From NCBI GenBank assembly GCA_973895155.1, contig OZ316893.1, positions 7,526,963 through 7,590,962 of the forward strand: DNA of 64,000 nucleotides, in the 5' to 3' direction. Below the pieces are notes generated by a model. That model did no database searches and was not told the origin of the DNA. It saw only the letters and a program-made list of their open reading frames with translations. The stretch comes from Marsupella aquatica. Its lineage: Eukaryota > Plantae > Marchantiophyta. A program made the position numbers and the translations under genes. Shown piece by piece: positions 63,101 through 64,000 of this stretch (within the stretch, counting starts at the first letter, position 1; each line of letters opens with the position of its first letter).

Positions 63101-64000
63101 CTCTTTCTATGGCTTGTCATTTGATGCTCATATGGGTGAGTGTGTACTGTCCTCTGCTACACAGCCTGGCCTTACGGCAGAATTTTCAGATTCATTCTGC
63201 CCTTCCTATTTTGCTTACCAGCAGGCCAGTGCTGCTTCCTGTACTACTCCCACCCGTCGCATTAAACAGGCTGATGGCTTTGCGCTGGTCCTATGACTAG
63301 AGCCAGGGGAGCTCGGGCTGTCATGCCCCAATCCTTTCAGCCACTCACACTTGCTGAAGAGCGCACCTTGTTGGCGAAGGGGGAGGGAGCTGCAGCTACA
63401 TCCATTCCACCACCAGTTGCTGCTAACATTTCACAGGGAGTTGTTTCTCCTGAGCTGCTTGAGCATTTCACCTCCGATGTGGCACAAAGGATTCTTACAA
63501 CTCCACTTTTCAGTTGCCATGATTTACAGCTGGATGCTAGAGCTATCATCAGAGCGCTAGAGGGCTCACTGCATTCTTCATCAGCCCCTGTGACACCGGT
63601 TTTGGAGGTCCAATCTCATGTACATACTGGACCTTCTTCTTCTCCATTACATGCTTCCACTGGTTTGGCTATCCCAGTACCAATTTCTAGTGGTAGCGAT
63701 GACAGTATTGTTACAGATTGTGTGACCAGAGCTACACTGGATTCTGGTCATGCTGCTCCATCTTTCCTGACTATGCTGTTGAGTGGAAAGACCGTGGATA
63801 CTAACTCCCTTCACAAGGTACCTCATCATCTGCCAAAAGTGGTGCCTAGCGACAGGACTTCAGTTTCCACCACCATTGCCATTGTTGACAACAGGAATTC
63901 AGCGGTCAAGTTGGAGGGTCACACTCCTCAGGTGGTCATGCTAGACACAGGCGCTCAACCAGTGATATTGGGCATTCAGTTTGCCAAGAAGATGGGACTG
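60170..64000 (+). mobile_element. 5' part of a Ty3/gypsy-like LTR retrotransposon, running off the window
   Basis: Putative LTR end CA plus PBS-like TGGCACCCCGGGTGAG at ~61465-61483. Gag from ~61755 with two CCHC knuckles. Protease VMLDTGA at ~63935-63955. The left boundary is uncertain. Confidence 0.7.
61755..64000 (+). pseudogene. gag-protease with in-frame stops
   Basis: IERFSG..SLREF, RQRDETLKMMYHRL, CNYCGNPNHKANEC, CDFCGKVGHLEAVC, LDTGA. A TAA interrupts at 62583. Confidence 0.75.

Overview
Eukaryotic, TE-rich nuclear DNA from a land plant, probably a non-seed plant such as a bryophyte (inferred from the gene families, TE types and AAACCCT motifs). Bases 1-26700 are a nested transposon stack. 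It contains a young 5'-truncated LINE with a 14-bp TSD and a complete 9.7-kb CACTA/En-Spm element (TIRs, ACC TSD). It also contains an older, related CACTA relic, a decayed Ty1/copia element and several MITEs. The standout is that the CACTA element carries a SET-domain (lysine-methyltransferase-like) exon inside the first predicted intron of its transposase. A second, highly diverged relic beside it has the same SET-then-transposase order. Two related ~1.2-kb TIR-less elements sit in a (GA)n tract and share a structured core with compensatory base changes. The host genes are an intronless PD-(D/E)xK REase-fold ORF, a spliced EngB/YihA GTPase and a spliced LCBK1-type sphingoid base kinase. The window also holds a young non-autonomous copia-type LTR element, LINE relics and the 5' part of a Ty3/gypsy-like element. 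All calls come from reading motifs by eye; no database searches were run.
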